Shown: positions 1-9,645, counted from the stretch's first letter. The stretch is DNA of 64,000 nucleotides from Bacteroidales bacterium (GCA_021740905.1 JAIOYV010000008.1:9543-73542), one strand, 5' to 3'. The notes: generated by a model not told the origin, from the sequence alone. Program-made: numbers and translations.

Positions 1-629
1 AGATTGAGGCCAAAGAGAATATCATTGCCAGCCTTATGCGCCAAAAAAAGTGGGAGGCTAAAAAAAGCCAAACGTTGTTATTCCAAATTGACTCCATTAA
101 GGAGCAATACCTCAACGTGATCGATTCCCTTTTAGTTGAAAGGGAGGGGCGGAAAGTAATCAATTCAAAACTATATGATCTGGAGGAAACGCTTGCCGGC
201 CTGACCAAAAAGATTGGGATTGCAAGTTTGCTTGTGGGTGATAATATTAAAGTTTCGCCATTGAAGATTTCGATGGGTGGAAAGCTGAAGAGTACTGCCT
301 TTGCCAAAAAGACAGACGAAATCAAGATTTGCATCGATATCCTTGAAAACAGGATTACGAAAGCCGGGATGAAAAATATCTATTTCGTAATTACCACACC
401 CGATGCAAAAATACTTGTCGATGGCGGAGGGGAAGCGCCCAAGTTTCAACATCCCGACTTTAAAAAGCTGGCCGAGTGCTCAAAAATTGAAACAATCGAC
501 TATCAAAACCAGAAGATAAATCTTTGTACAACCATAAAACCCGGGGAGATTGAAAATACCGGATTATACATCCTCGAAGTTTTCTGCGATGAAACCAAGC
601 TGGGCATAACTACCTTTTCGTTGAAGTAG
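1..629 (+). CDS. hypothetical protein, 5' end outside window
   Basis: The reading frame is open from the window edge in frame 3, and the first ATG at 36 is probably internal. No recognisable motifs. Confidence 0.35.
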   Translation, partial: IEAKENIIASLMRQKKWEAKKSQTLLFQIDSIKEQYLNVIDSLLVEREGRKVINSKLYDLEETLAGLTKKIGIASLLVGDNIKVSPLKISMGGKLKSTAFAKKTDEIKICIDILENRITKAGMKNIYFVITTPDAKILVDGGGEAPKFQHPDFKKLAECSKIETIDYQNQKINLCTTIKPGEIENTGLYILEVFCDETKLGITTFSLK

Positions 630-926
630 AGAGAGTGTGGCTTATCAAATGATTGGATAGTGCTTTTTGCCTACCCAAAGTTACTTCGCATCATTAGCAC
701 TTCGTGTGTCATATTGTTTATGGCTTCGCAACAACTTATTGACTTCCTAATGACGAGAAGCAAATGACTTTGCTTTAATTCCCCAACCTTATTTACAAAG
801 CCTGCTATTTTTTGATTTATGTCCCTCAATTTCCCATTTGAATTTAAATTACTATTTTTATCTGCCTCCAAATTGGAATAAAAGCACATAGTTAAATTGA
901 AATAGAAAATACTAAAAACAAACATT

Positions 927-2069
927 ATGGTTGATTTTTCATTGACAAAAGAACAACAGGCACTTGTTGAAAAATACCGCGATTTCGCCGATCGATTTAT
1001 CCGCCCCGACAGGCTAAAACATGACAAGCTCGCAGAATTCCCTTGGGACATAGTGAAGAAAGCGTATGATGAAGGCATCATGAATGGCCCCATGCCAAAG
1101 AAATTTGGCGGGAACGGATACAATATTTTCGAAGGGGCGTTGACCTCGGAAGAATTGGGTGCCGGCTGTATTGGTATCGGGATTTGTATCGATGCCAACA
1201 CCCTGGCTTTAACACCTATGCTTTTGGCTGCCAACGAAAAGCAGCAAGCCAAATTTTTTGGTCAGATAAACGAAGAAAAGGCAGTTGCAGCTTATTGCCT
1301 TACCGAGCCTAATGCCGGATCGGACGTGCAGGGTATTAAATCGACCGCTATTCTAACCGGCGACAAGTACATCCTGAACGGTCACAAGCGCTTTATCACC
1401 AATGGCGAAGCAGCCAGTTTCTTCACTGTTTTTGCCCAAACCGACCCCGAAAGAGGTTCGCGCAGTCTGAGTGCTTTTGTGGTTCCTGCCGATTTGCCGG
1501 GCATCGAAGTAAAGCCTCATCTCGAAAAAATGGGACAGAAAGCCTCTGTTCAGAATGAAATTATTTTTACCGATGTTGAAGTCCCCAAAGAAAACCTATT
1601 GGGTGAAGAAGGTCATGGATTTTTAATTGCCATGAAAACGTTCGACCGTACCCGTACCGGCGTTGCTGCCCTCAGTTTGGGTGCTGCCCGCGAAGCGTAC
1701 GAAATATCAAAAGAGTGGTCGAAAAACCGGATTCAATTTGGCAAACCAATCGCTGCCAACCAGGCTATTGGTTTTATGTTGGCCGATATGGCAACGCAAA
1801 TTGAAGCTGCCCGTTTGCTAACCTGGAATGCTGCCTGGAATTACGATACCGGTACAAAGAAGGCATCTCTTCTTTCAGCCATGTCAAAACTTTATGCTTC
1901 GGATGTAGCCATGGAAGTGGCCACGAATGCAGTTCAGGTAATGGGTGGCGATGGTTATTCAACCGAATTTGTGGTGGAGAAGATAATGCGCGACGTGAAA
2001 CTTTGCCAGATTTACGAAGGCACGAATCAAGTTCAGCGGATAGTTATTTCAAAAGCTATTTTGAAGTAG
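927..2069 (+). CDS. acyl-CoA dehydrogenase (short/medium-chain type)
   Basis: 380 aa with ACAD hallmarks: YCLTEPNAGSD, a C-terminal QIYEGTNQ-like motif and a typical three-domain length. Confidence 0.9.
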   Translation: MVDFSLTKEQQALVEKYRDFADRFIRPDRLKHDKLAEFPWDIVKKAYDEGIMNGPMPKKFGGNGYNIFEGALTSEELGAGCIGIGICIDANTLALTPMLLAANEKQQAKFFGQINEEKAVAAYCLTEPNAGSDVQGIKSTAILTGDKYILNGHKRFITNGEAASFFTVFAQTDPERGSRSLSAFVVPADLPGIEVKPHLEKMGQKASVQNEIIFTDVEVPKENLLGEEGHGFLIAMKTFDRTRTGVAALSLGAAREAYEISKEWSKNRIQFGKPIAANQAIGFMLADMATQIEAARLLTWNAAWNYDTGTKKASLLSAMSKLYASDVAMEVATNAVQVMGGDGYSTEFVVEKIMRDVKLCQIYEGTNQVQRIVISKAILK

Positions 2070-2117
2070 GAATTTAGTATCAAGTATCGAGTATCAAGAT
2101 ATTCGTATTTTTAGAAA

Positions 2118-2148
2118 AGCAGGAATCAGAAGTGGTTCCTGCTTTTTT
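2118..2148 (+). terminator. rho-independent terminator after the first ACAD gene
   Basis: Stem agcaggaa / ttcctgct followed by a T5 run immediately after the stop codon. Confidence 0.4.
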
Positions 2149-2296
2149 AATATAATCACACCCGATTCCCCAATTCCCTAATTCCCCAATTTCTAATTTA
2201 CTATTAAGAATCGTTCTATAAATTACCTTCGTTTTTTAGATTCAACCAGATAAAGTTATTTTCGCGCCAATATTTTTATTGAGAAAAATCTAAGAA

Positions 2297-4087
2297 TTGA
2301 ATATGGAAACGAATGAATTGATGATGGGAGTTGAGTTTCTGGTTAAAGAAACAGAAGCAAAAGACGTTTTTATACCTGAAGAATTTGACGAAGAACAGCA
2401 GATGATCGTAGATACTTGCTACGATTTCCTCAAGCAGGATGTGTACCCGAATTTTGATCGGATTGATAAGCACGAAAAAGGGTTGATTAAAGGCTTACTT
2501 GCAAAAGCCGGAGAACTGGGTTTGCTGGGAATTTCAATTCCCGAAGACCTGGGTGGCTTCGAACAATCTTACCTCACAAATATGCGCGCCAACGAAGCAT
2601 TCGGATCGGCACACTCTTTTTCGGTGGCCTATATGGCCCATACAGGAATCGGCACTTTGCCTATTCTTTATTATGGCACCGAAGAGCAAAAAGCAAAATA
2701 TATTCCCGATTTGGCATCTGGCGATAAAGCCGCAGCCTATTGTTTGACCGAACCCGATGCCGGCTCCGATGCGAATGCCGGACGGTCAAAGGCTGTTTTA
2801 TCAGAAGATGGAAAACATTATATCCTGAACGGTCAGAAAATGTGGATCACCAACGGCGGTTTTGCCGATACCTACACTGTTTTTGCCAAAATTGAAAACG
2901 ACCGGATTTTAAGCGCATTTATCGTCGAGCGCGATTGGGAAGGCGTAAGTGTTTCTGTTGAAGAAAACAAAATGGGGATCAAAGGTTCCTCTACCACCCA
3001 GGTATTCTTCAACGATGTGAAAGTACCCGTAGAAAACCTGCTGGGCAAGCGTGGCGAAGGTTTCCGTATTGCCATCAACATCCTGCACATTGGCCGGATA
3101 AAGTTGGGGGCTACCGTACTTGGATCGTGCAAACGCACCATCAACAATTCGGTGCAATATGCCAACGAGCGCAAACAATTCGGAAACCTGATCTCGACTT
3201 ATGGCGCCATTAAATTCAAATTGGCCGAGCAGGTAATCAAAACCTGGACGACCGAATCGGCAGTGTACCGTGCTTCTGCCGATATTCAAAAATTAATTGA
3301 GAAGTATGAAGCCGAAGGCATGGAACATGGTCCTGCCATAATCCAGGCCAATGCCGATTTTCAGGTCGAATGTGCCATGTTGAAAGTATTAGGTTCCGAA
3401 TCCCTGGATTACATTGTAGATGAGGGCGTACAGATTTTTGGGGGCATGGGTTTTTCTGCCGAAGCACCTGTCGATAGGGCTTACCGCGACTCGAGGATCA
3501 ACCGTATTTTCGAAGGCACCAACGAAATAAACCGTTTGTGGGCTGCCGACAATGCCATCAAAAAAGGGATGAAATGTAATTTCTCCCTGAAAGATGATTG
3601 TGCCGCTGTTTTGGCAAGTATAGATTCGCTTCCTGAAAAAGTAGATTTTAAAGAAGATTTCTACGAAAATAAGAAGGATGCAATCCAACGGATGAAAAAA
3701 GCCATTATGTTGATCATTGGGGCTGCCAACGAAAAATTCAGCCGTAAGATGGGCGACGAACAGGAAGTCCTTTTCAACATTGCCGATATGTTGATCGAGG
3801 TGTATGCTGCCGAATCGACCATTCTCAGGGTTGAAAAACTCGAGGGCATGAAGGGTGCCGATGCCGTGAAACTTTACAAAGACATAGCCGATGTTTATAC
3901 TTACGACATAGCCGCCAATGTAGCCAAGTACGCAAAAGATGCCATCTATTCATTTGTGGAAGAAGCCGATCAGCAAAAATTCCACAAAGCAATATGCCAT
4001 TTCACCAAAGTTCAAGGTGTAAATGTAAAAGAAGCCCGTCGCCGATTAGCCGACAAGGTGATTGAGGACAACATGTATAAGTTTTAA
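2297..4087 (+). CDS. acyl-CoA dehydrogenase family protein, long form with C-terminal extension
   Basis: 596 aa with YCLTEPDAGSD and an ACAD middle/C-terminal core followed by a roughly 200-aa tail, the FadE-like long-ACAD architecture. Confidence 0.85.
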   Translation: MNMETNELMMGVEFLVKETEAKDVFIPEEFDEEQQMIVDTCYDFLKQDVYPNFDRIDKHEKGLIKGLLAKAGELGLLGISIPEDLGGFEQSYLTNMRANEAFGSAHSFSVAYMAHTGIGTLPILYYGTEEQKAKYIPDLASGDKAAAYCLTEPDAGSDANAGRSKAVLSEDGKHYILNGQKMWITNGGFADTYTVFAKIENDRILSAFIVERDWEGVSVSVEENKMGIKGSSTTQVFFNDVKVPVENLLGKRGEGFRIAINILHIGRIKLGATVLGSCKRTINNSVQYANERKQFGNLISTYGAIKFKLAEQVIKTWTTESAVYRASADIQKLIEKYEAEGMEHGPAIIQANADFQVECAMLKVLGSESLDYIVDEGVQIFGGMGFSAEAPVDRAYRDSRINRIFEGTNEINRLWAADNAIKKGMKCNFSLKDDCAAVLASIDSLPEKVDFKEDFYENKKDAIQRMKKAIMLIIGAANEKFSRKMGDEQEVLFNIADMLIEVYAAESTILRVEKLEGMKGADAVKLYKDIADVYTYDIAANVAKYAKDAIYSFVEEADQQKFHKAICHFTKVQGVNVKEARRRLADKVIEDNMYKF

Positions 4088-4120
4088 GATCAGAAAAGTA
4101 GATAGTAATTCATAGTTTGA

Positions 4121-4159
4121 AAAAAGGGAGAATTGGCGGAGGTTGGTTCTCCTTTTTTT
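4121..4159. terminator. putative terminator
   Basis: An A-run, then stem gggagaa/ttctcc, then a T7 run directly after the ACAD stop. Confidence 0.35.
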
Positions 4160-4618
4160 GTGAAATTAGAAACTTGGGAAATGGTTTTAATAAATACCGT
4201 CCAAATTATGGGTGCAAAGGATATTTGTTAATTGATATATACTGATCTGTTTTACACGTAAATAATAATCTGTTTGTCACTAAATTAGGGTAAATTTCAG
4301 CAAACCATTTCATAGAATTAGGGTAAATTTCAAAATTTTCGGGACTCATTCCCAATAATTCAATGACACATTAGCTAAAGAAAAAGTTGAAAGGAGCTAT
4401 CTAAAAAATCCCGGTCAGGAAAATCAAACCATCAGTAAAATGTTGGATAATGAATATGGTTTGCGGTGAGTTGAAAATCATAAACATTTGCTACTTTTGG
4501 TAGCAATAATATAGCAGGAAAGTAAAATCGAAATCGTTTACCCAATTTTTGTTGAAGTCAGTTTGAATCAATTCACAAATAGATTTTGCTACTTTTGTTT
4601 ATTCATAAAAATTAGTAG

Positions 4619-5947
4619 ATGTCGCGTAGGATTAACCATATTATATCAGAGATTAAGGATCAATATCAATTAAATGACGATTTCAACCGGCCCTGGATAA
4701 TCGGGTTTAGTGGGGGGAAGGATTCAACCGCCTTGTTGCAACTTGTATGGCTTGCTGTAAAGCAAATACCACACGGGAAAAGACAACGAAAAATATATGT
4801 GGTTTGCAACGATACATTGGTCGAAAACCCGATAGTTGTGGATTATGTAACAGGTGTTTTGGAAAAAATTCAGAAAGCCGCCGTACAACAGGGTTTGCCA
4901 ATCGAAGCACAAAAAACAATTCCCCGGCTCGAAGACAGCTTTTGGGTGAATATCGTGGGACGTGGATATCCTGTGCCCAATAATGCTTTTCGCTGGTGTA
5001 CGGATAAGATGAAGATTAAACCTACCTCAAGGTTCATTACCGAGCAAGTGGCAGAAAACGGCGAAGCCATTATTTTGATCGGGACCCGAAGTGCCGAAAG
5101 TGCAACCCGGGCAAAATCTATTAAGAAGCACGAAATCAGGGGTAAGCGGTTGACCAATCACCCAAATCAGCACAATACTTATGTGTATTCACCCATCAAA
5201 GATTTAAAACTCGAAGAAGTCTGGTATATCATTAATGCCATGACATCGCCCTGGGGAGCTGACAATTCACAGTTGTTTCAAATTTATTTGGATGCCAGTG
5301 CCGACGATTATGAATGTCCGACCATGGTGACCGACAAAAGCCATTCATCTTGCGGACAAAGCCGTTTCGGTTGCTGGACCTGTACGGTGGTGAAAGAGGA
5401 TAAGTCGATGAGCGCGTTGGTTGACAAAGGCTACGAATGGTTGCGGCCCCTTTTGGATTTGCGCGAAAGTATGGTGGAGCAACGTAATATTTCTGAAAAC
5501 CGACTGCCTACACGCAGAAACGGACAACGGGCGGTAACCGACGATGGGCATAATCAGGGAACATATACTGATAAATACAGGGCCAAATTATTAATGCAAA
5601 TTCTCGAAGCCCAAAAGAAAGTGCAGGAACATAATCCCAAACTGGAATTAATTACCAATCAGGAACTCGTGGCCATACAGGTAATTTGGAACAGGGATTT
5701 ATGGTTCGATTACAAAGTGGCAGCTATTTATAATAAAGTCTATAATATAGAATTGGAAATGAAAACAAACGACGAGAAACTACAAAAAGAAATTGGCTTG
5801 CTCAGAGAAGTTTGTGAGGATGACCCAAAAGATTTTAAACTTATCCAGGAATTGTTGATTTTGCAAAAAAACAAAGCCTTGCTCAACCGGAAAAGAGGCC
5901 TCAAAGACGACATGGAACGAGTTATTGAGAAATATATTTATGCTTGA
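4619..5947 (+). CDS. DndC/SspD-like PP-loop ATP pyrophosphatase (PAPS reductase family) with DUF3440-like C-terminal domain
   Basis: PP-loop SGGKDS at residues 31-36 and a Cys cluster C-x13-C-x6-C-x2-C (ECP...SSCG...FGCWTC) as in DNA-sulfur-modification DndC-type proteins. Total length 442 aa. A TAnnTTTG -7 box lies about 20 bp upstream. Confidence 0.6.
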   Translation: MSRRINHIISEIKDQYQLNDDFNRPWIIGFSGGKDSTALLQLVWLAVKQIPHGKRQRKIYVVCNDTLVENPIVVDYVTGVLEKIQKAAVQQGLPIEAQKTIPRLEDSFWVNIVGRGYPVPNNAFRWCTDKMKIKPTSRFITEQVAENGEAIILIGTRSAESATRAKSIKKHEIRGKRLTNHPNQHNTYVYSPIKDLKLEEVWYIINAMTSPWGADNSQLFQIYLDASADDYECPTMVTDKSHSSCGQSRFGCWTCTVVKEDKSMSALVDKGYEWLRPLLDLRESMVEQRNISENRLPTRRNGQRAVTDDGHNQGTYTDKYRAKLLMQILEAQKKVQEHNPKLELITNQELVAIQVIWNRDLWFDYKVAAIYNKVYNIELEMKTNDEKLQKEIGLLREVCEDDPKDFKLIQELLILQKNKALLNRKRGLKDDMERVIEKYIYA

Positions 5948-6929
5948 AAAGAATCTGACATATTATTGTTTAAAGTTTGAAAAACTCCGAAGATATTTTA
6001 AAAACGGAGGAGCACCACACAAACCAATCCTACTAATAAGCCTAATTCAGGCATTTCAACAAGGTCTTTATAAATCAAAAGAAATTTTCATTCTACCCGA
6101 ATTGGTTGGCCTTTTCAAATCAAATTGGAACTTATTGGTGGATACGAATCACCATTGTCTTTTTACCCTTCCATTTTATCACCTGAGCACTGAGCCTTTT
6201 TGGCAGCTAAAGCCAAATGCCGGTTGCGAGTTATGGGTAAAATCAAAAAGTTCGATGCGTAGTTTTGCAAATCTTACCACTGCCGTAAAATATGCGATCA
6301 TTGATGCAGAATTAACCAGTTTGATGCTTAAAAAAGAAGAATCATCAATTTTAATTCAGTTCCTTCTTGAAAAGTATTTTCCAAATACTAAAAGCAATTT
6401 CAGTCAAGGAGGTAACAAGTATATTTTGGATATTGAAAAACAAATTGTTGAAGAATCACAGGAAAGCTATAAAACAAGATTGGAACTGATTCGAGATGAA
6501 ATTGATAATGATGCATTTCAGGAAGAAGTATTTGTAAGAAGTGGTATTTTTAAAAGAGAAGTCCCAAGGATTTATAATTTCACTTGTTGTATTTCTGGTT
6601 TGAGGGTTGATGCTTTGGACAATATTTCGATGATAGATGCTTGTCATATTGTTCCATTCTCGGAAAGCTATAATGATACTATTTCAAACGGGATTGCTCT
6701 ATGTCCAAATCTTCATAGAGCTTTTGACCGAGGATTAATATCGATCGATAACAACTATAAGGTGATTTTAAATGGTAATTTTTCTGAAAACTTCGATTCG
6801 ACCTACAACATAAAACAATTTGAAGGAAAAGTAATTTTGCTCCCAGAAAATCCTAATTATAAACCGTCTTTAGAGTCATTGAAAAGCCACAGAGAACGGT
6901 TTGGATTTTCTTCACTGAGAAAAATATGA
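5925..6929 (+). CDS. HNH endonuclease with N-terminal putative modified-DNA reader domain (type IV restriction-like)
   Basis: The C-terminal HNH motif is CHIVPFSE...NGIALCPNLHRAFDRGLISI. The N-terminal domain of about 190 aa is uncharacterised. The gene overlaps the upstream stop by 23 nt and is very AT-rich. Confidence 0.6.
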   Translation: MRNIFMLEKNLTYYCLKFEKLRRYFKNGGAPHKPILLISLIQAFQQGLYKSKEIFILPELVGLFKSNWNLLVDTNHHCLFTLPFYHLSTEPFWQLKPNAGCELWVKSKSSMRSFANLTTAVKYAIIDAELTSLMLKKEESSILIQFLLEKYFPNTKSNFSQGGNKYILDIEKQIVEESQESYKTRLELIRDEIDNDAFQEEVFVRSGIFKREVPRIYNFTCCISGLRVDALDNISMIDACHIVPFSESYNDTISNGIALCPNLHRAFDRGLISIDNNYKVILNGNFSENFDSTYNIKQFEGKVILLPENPNYKPSLESLKSHRERFGFSSLRKI

Positions 6930-7075
6930 CAAATAAAGACAACCCAAATAAAGACAAGATATAAAAAGGACATGAACTAACTTACCAGAAATTGCTCAAG
7001 GAAAAAAAAGAAACCTCGACTTGGTAATCTCTAAAAATGACAAAATAGTCCATATTCATGCAAGAGACCTCAAAG

Positions 7076-7228
7076 ATGAATAAGTCATTGTTGAACAGGA
7101 AAAAGAAATGCAGTGAGATTCAGTATCGCTTGACCCTGCAGCAAAAACTCAAAAAGGAGTCTGCCCTTGTAAGCCAGGAATCAATGATTGTATTGAAAGA
7201 ATTTGAGAAGATTGACAATTCGGATTAG
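7076..7228 (+). CDS. small ORF (50 aa), hypothetical
   Basis: ATG...TAG ORF below the ORF-track threshold, in an otherwise empty 360-bp gap. No motif support. Confidence 0.15.
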   Translation: MNKSLLNRKKKCSEIQYRLTLQQKLKKESALVSQESMIVLKEFEKIDNSD

Positions 7229-7332
7229 ATTGTTTTAGATTTGGATAGATTTTTAAAGTATAACCAATTGCAATTTTCCAAAAACATTGCTTACTTTTGG
7301 TAGCAACAAATGTTGATTATAACAATTTTGAA

Positions 7333-7545
7333 ATGGAAAGCTGTGAAACTTTATTAAAAAAAGCCATAAGGCTTAAAACCTCCGAACGATTCCTATTAAT
7401 CGATGGCCTAATCCGCAGTATCGATGAGCCTCAAAAAGAAATTGATGATATTTGGATAGAGGAAGCCAATAAGAGGCTGATTGCCCATCGTGAGGGAAAA
7501 TCAAATGCTATTTCTTATATGGATGTATTTGGGGAGGAAGAATAG
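7333..7545 (+). CDS. antitoxin, putative addiction-module component family
   Basis: Small acidic protein (MESCETLLKKAIRLKTSERFLLIDGLIRSIDEP...). Its stop is 3 nt before the toxin start. The internal ATG was chosen because a TACTTTTG -7 box sits about 30 bp upstream. Confidence 0.5.
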   Translation: MESCETLLKKAIRLKTSERFLLIDGLIRSIDEPQKEIDDIWIEEANKRLIAHREGKSNAISYMDVFGEEE

Positions 7546-7547
7546 GA

Positions 7548-7841
7548 ATGAAAATCTTATTTGACGAATTGGCTTCAAACGAATTAGAAGATGCCGTTGA
7601 ATATTATGATGATAAAGTTAAAGGATTGGGAAAAAAATTCAAAGAGGAAATAAAATCAGGTATCAAAAGAATTAGAGAGCATCCCCAAATGTGGCAGGAA
7701 GAAAAATATGGAATAAGACGATATTTGTTGTATCGATTTCCTTTTAAAATACTTTTTTCGATTGAAAAGGATTATATTCTGATCGTTGCAATTGCGCACT
7801 GCCACCGTCGACCAAATTATTGGATAAATAGAATCGTGTAA
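7548..7841 (+). CDS. type II toxin, RelE/ParE family
   Basis: 97 aa with a RelE/ParE-like fold signature (RYLLYRFPF...ILIVAIAHCHRRP), tightly coupled to the upstream small gene. Confidence 0.7.
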   Translation: MKILFDELASNELEDAVEYYDDKVKGLGKKFKEEIKSGIKRIREHPQMWQEEKYGIRRYLLYRFPFKILFSIEKDYILIVAIAHCHRRPNYWINRIV

Positions 7842-7924
7842 ATCATTTTTTTTAAAGATTCAAACTGTTTCTAAATCCAACCTTTCAACTCCGAACTCCT
7901 CAACTTTTCAACTCAGAACTTCCC

Positions 7925-8755
7925 CTACCCCTTCAAATCCCTTTTCTTCAAAATAAAAACAATCCCCGACAGGTAAATGGCAAACCAGCCCAGGCTTATG
8001 CCCAATGCACGGAGGGAAACATTGTCGTGGATTTCCTTGAAGATGTAGCGGCCAAAAGGCACTTTTATCAGGTTGTTCATCGACTTGATGGGGAAAAACT
8101 GCACGATATCGGCAGCCCATGTATCCCGCGAAAAGGGGGCGTTCTCCAAAATGGTAGAGGCTATTGGCTCGAACATCAGGGCGTAGAGGAAAAGGGCTAC
8201 AATCACAAACCCCGATTTTTTCACCACTAGCGATATAAAAAAGGCCATGGTGCAAAACAATACGATCTGATAAAAATATACAGCCACAAATTCCAGTTCA
8301 TCAAAAATAAATTGACTGCCCCACACGTGCGAATATATGGCCCCATGAATAATCCCCAGTACAAATAACAACGCTGTGCTTAATCCAGCCAGGCTAAGGA
8401 TCAACATCATTTTGCTCATCAGGTACTCGCGTTTGCTGATACCATCGATTATGTTTTGGCGAAGGGTGTTGTAGCTAATATCGTTTGTTACGGAAATGAT
8501 GACAATGAAAGTAAGTAGGATAATCCCGAACGAGGCCAGGTAGGTCATGTTTTGCCAGATGTCGGGGAAGTCGTAGATGGGGAAAATTGTGGGGTCGATG
8601 CCTTGAAATTCGGCCCCTTCGTGTTTCAGCCACTCCAAGAAAAGCCCGCCTCCTGCGGCTATCACCACCAGCGACAACATGTACATGCCAAGCAAAATCC
8701 AGAAAATGCGATAATTCTTTAGTTTGAGCCATTCTAATGTGAGGGTCCTAATCAT
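7925..8755 (-). CDS. ABC-2 family transporter permease
   Basis: 276 aa with six predicted transmembrane segments. Its start overlaps the stop of the ATPase gene in an ATGA-type overlap. Confidence 0.7.
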   Translation of the reverse strand: MIRTLTLEWLKLKNYRIFWILLGMYMLSLVVIAAGGGLFLEWLKHEGAEFQGIDPTIFPIYDFPDIWQNMTYLASFGIILLTFIVIISVTNDISYNTLRQNIIDGISKREYLMSKMMLILSLAGLSTALLFVLGIIHGAIYSHVWGSQFIFDELEFVAVYFYQIVLFCTMAFFISLVVKKSGFVIVALFLYALMFEPIASTILENAPFSRDTWAADIVQFFPIKSMNNLIKVPFGRYIFKEIHDNVSLRALGISLGWFAIYLSGIVFILKKRDLKG

Positions 8756-9644
8756 GTTCTTTCAGGATTTTAAGAAATTCTTGTTCCAAAGAATTGGTGT
8801 GGGTAACTAACTTTCGAAGGACAATATCTTTTTCAAAGCAAAAAGCATTGACATGGGTAGCATTATAATTTTCTTTTAGACTGAGATGCAGGCTGGTTGT
8901 GTTTTTACGTATGGTCTCCAGACCTTCAAAATTGGCTAAAACATCTTCCAGGTGATCCAGGTTTTCGTGGCTCACTTCAATGCGGTTTATTTCGCCCAAT
9001 GTATCTTCCACCAGGCCTTCGTGCAATTTTACCCCTTTGCGAAGGATGCAAAAATGGGTACATACTTTCTGCACTTCGTCCAACAGGTGGCTGGCCATGA
9101 TGATGGTTTTACCTTGTGCGGCAATGTCTTTTATAAGCGCGCGAACTTCGGCAATTCCTTCCGGGTCGAGGCCGTTGGTGGGTTCGTCGAGAATAAGCAC
9201 TGGGGGGTCGGAGAGGAGTGCTGCCCCAATCGACAAGCGCTGTTTCATGCCCAGGCTGTAGGCTTTGAACTTGTCGTCCTTGCGGTCATGCAAACCCACC
9301 ATTTTTAATACTGGTTCAATCCTGTCGGTACTGCATTGCTTGATATGGGCAACGATTTTCAGGTTTTGAACAGCCGTGAGGTAGGGATAAAAACTGGGGG
9401 TTTCCAAAATAGACCCGATCTTTTTACGAGCCTCCACATTCGATACATTGTCGAACCATCGAAAGATGCCTGAATCAGGTGCCACCACTTCGAGAATCAT
9501 TCCCAGAGTAGTTGTTTTTCCACTTCCGTTGGGGCCAAGAATACCGTAAACCTGACCTGGCAGGACTTTTAGGTCGAGTTTATTCACGGCCTGTATTTTT
9601 CCAAACCGCTTGGATAATTCGCGAATTTCGAGAGTTTGTTCCAA
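8748..9644 (-). CDS. ABC transporter ATP-binding protein
   Basis: Walker A GPNGSGKTT, ABC signature LSIG-like, and Walker B ILDEPTNGLD. Confidence 0.9.
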   Translation of the reverse strand: MEQTLEIRELSKRFGKIQAVNKLDLKVLPGQVYGILGPNGSGKTTTLGMILEVVAPDSGIFRWFDNVSNVEARKKIGSILETPSFYPYLTAVQNLKIVAHIKQCSTDRIEPVLKMVGLHDRKDDKFKAYSLGMKQRLSIGAALLSDPPVLILDEPTNGLDPEGIAEVRALIKDIAAQGKTIIMASHLLDEVQKVCTHFCILRKGVKLHEGLVEDTLGEINRIEVSHENLDHLEDVLANFEGLETIRKNTTSLHLSLKENYNATHVNAFCFEKDIVLRKLVTHTNSLEQEFLKILKEHD

Positions 9645-9645
9645 T

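Noticed and set aside
671-1252. 193-aa minus-strand ORF
   Set aside because: It overlaps the start of the well-supported ACAD gene on the opposite strand, has low-complexity composition and no motif. Judged antisense noise.
2160-2200. Short (AATTCCC)n-like tandem tract
   Set aside because: It has about four imperfect units and no associated feature. Noted as a simple sequence tract only.
4100-7900. Integrative element (prophage/ICE) interpretation of the defence islet
   Set aside because: There is no integrase, recombinase, transposase or conjugation gene, and no matching direct repeats at the two edges. It is better described as a small defence islet.
8952-9308. Several plus-strand ORFs inside the ABC ATPase gene
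   Set aside because: They are antisense to a gene with clear Walker A/B and signature motifs.
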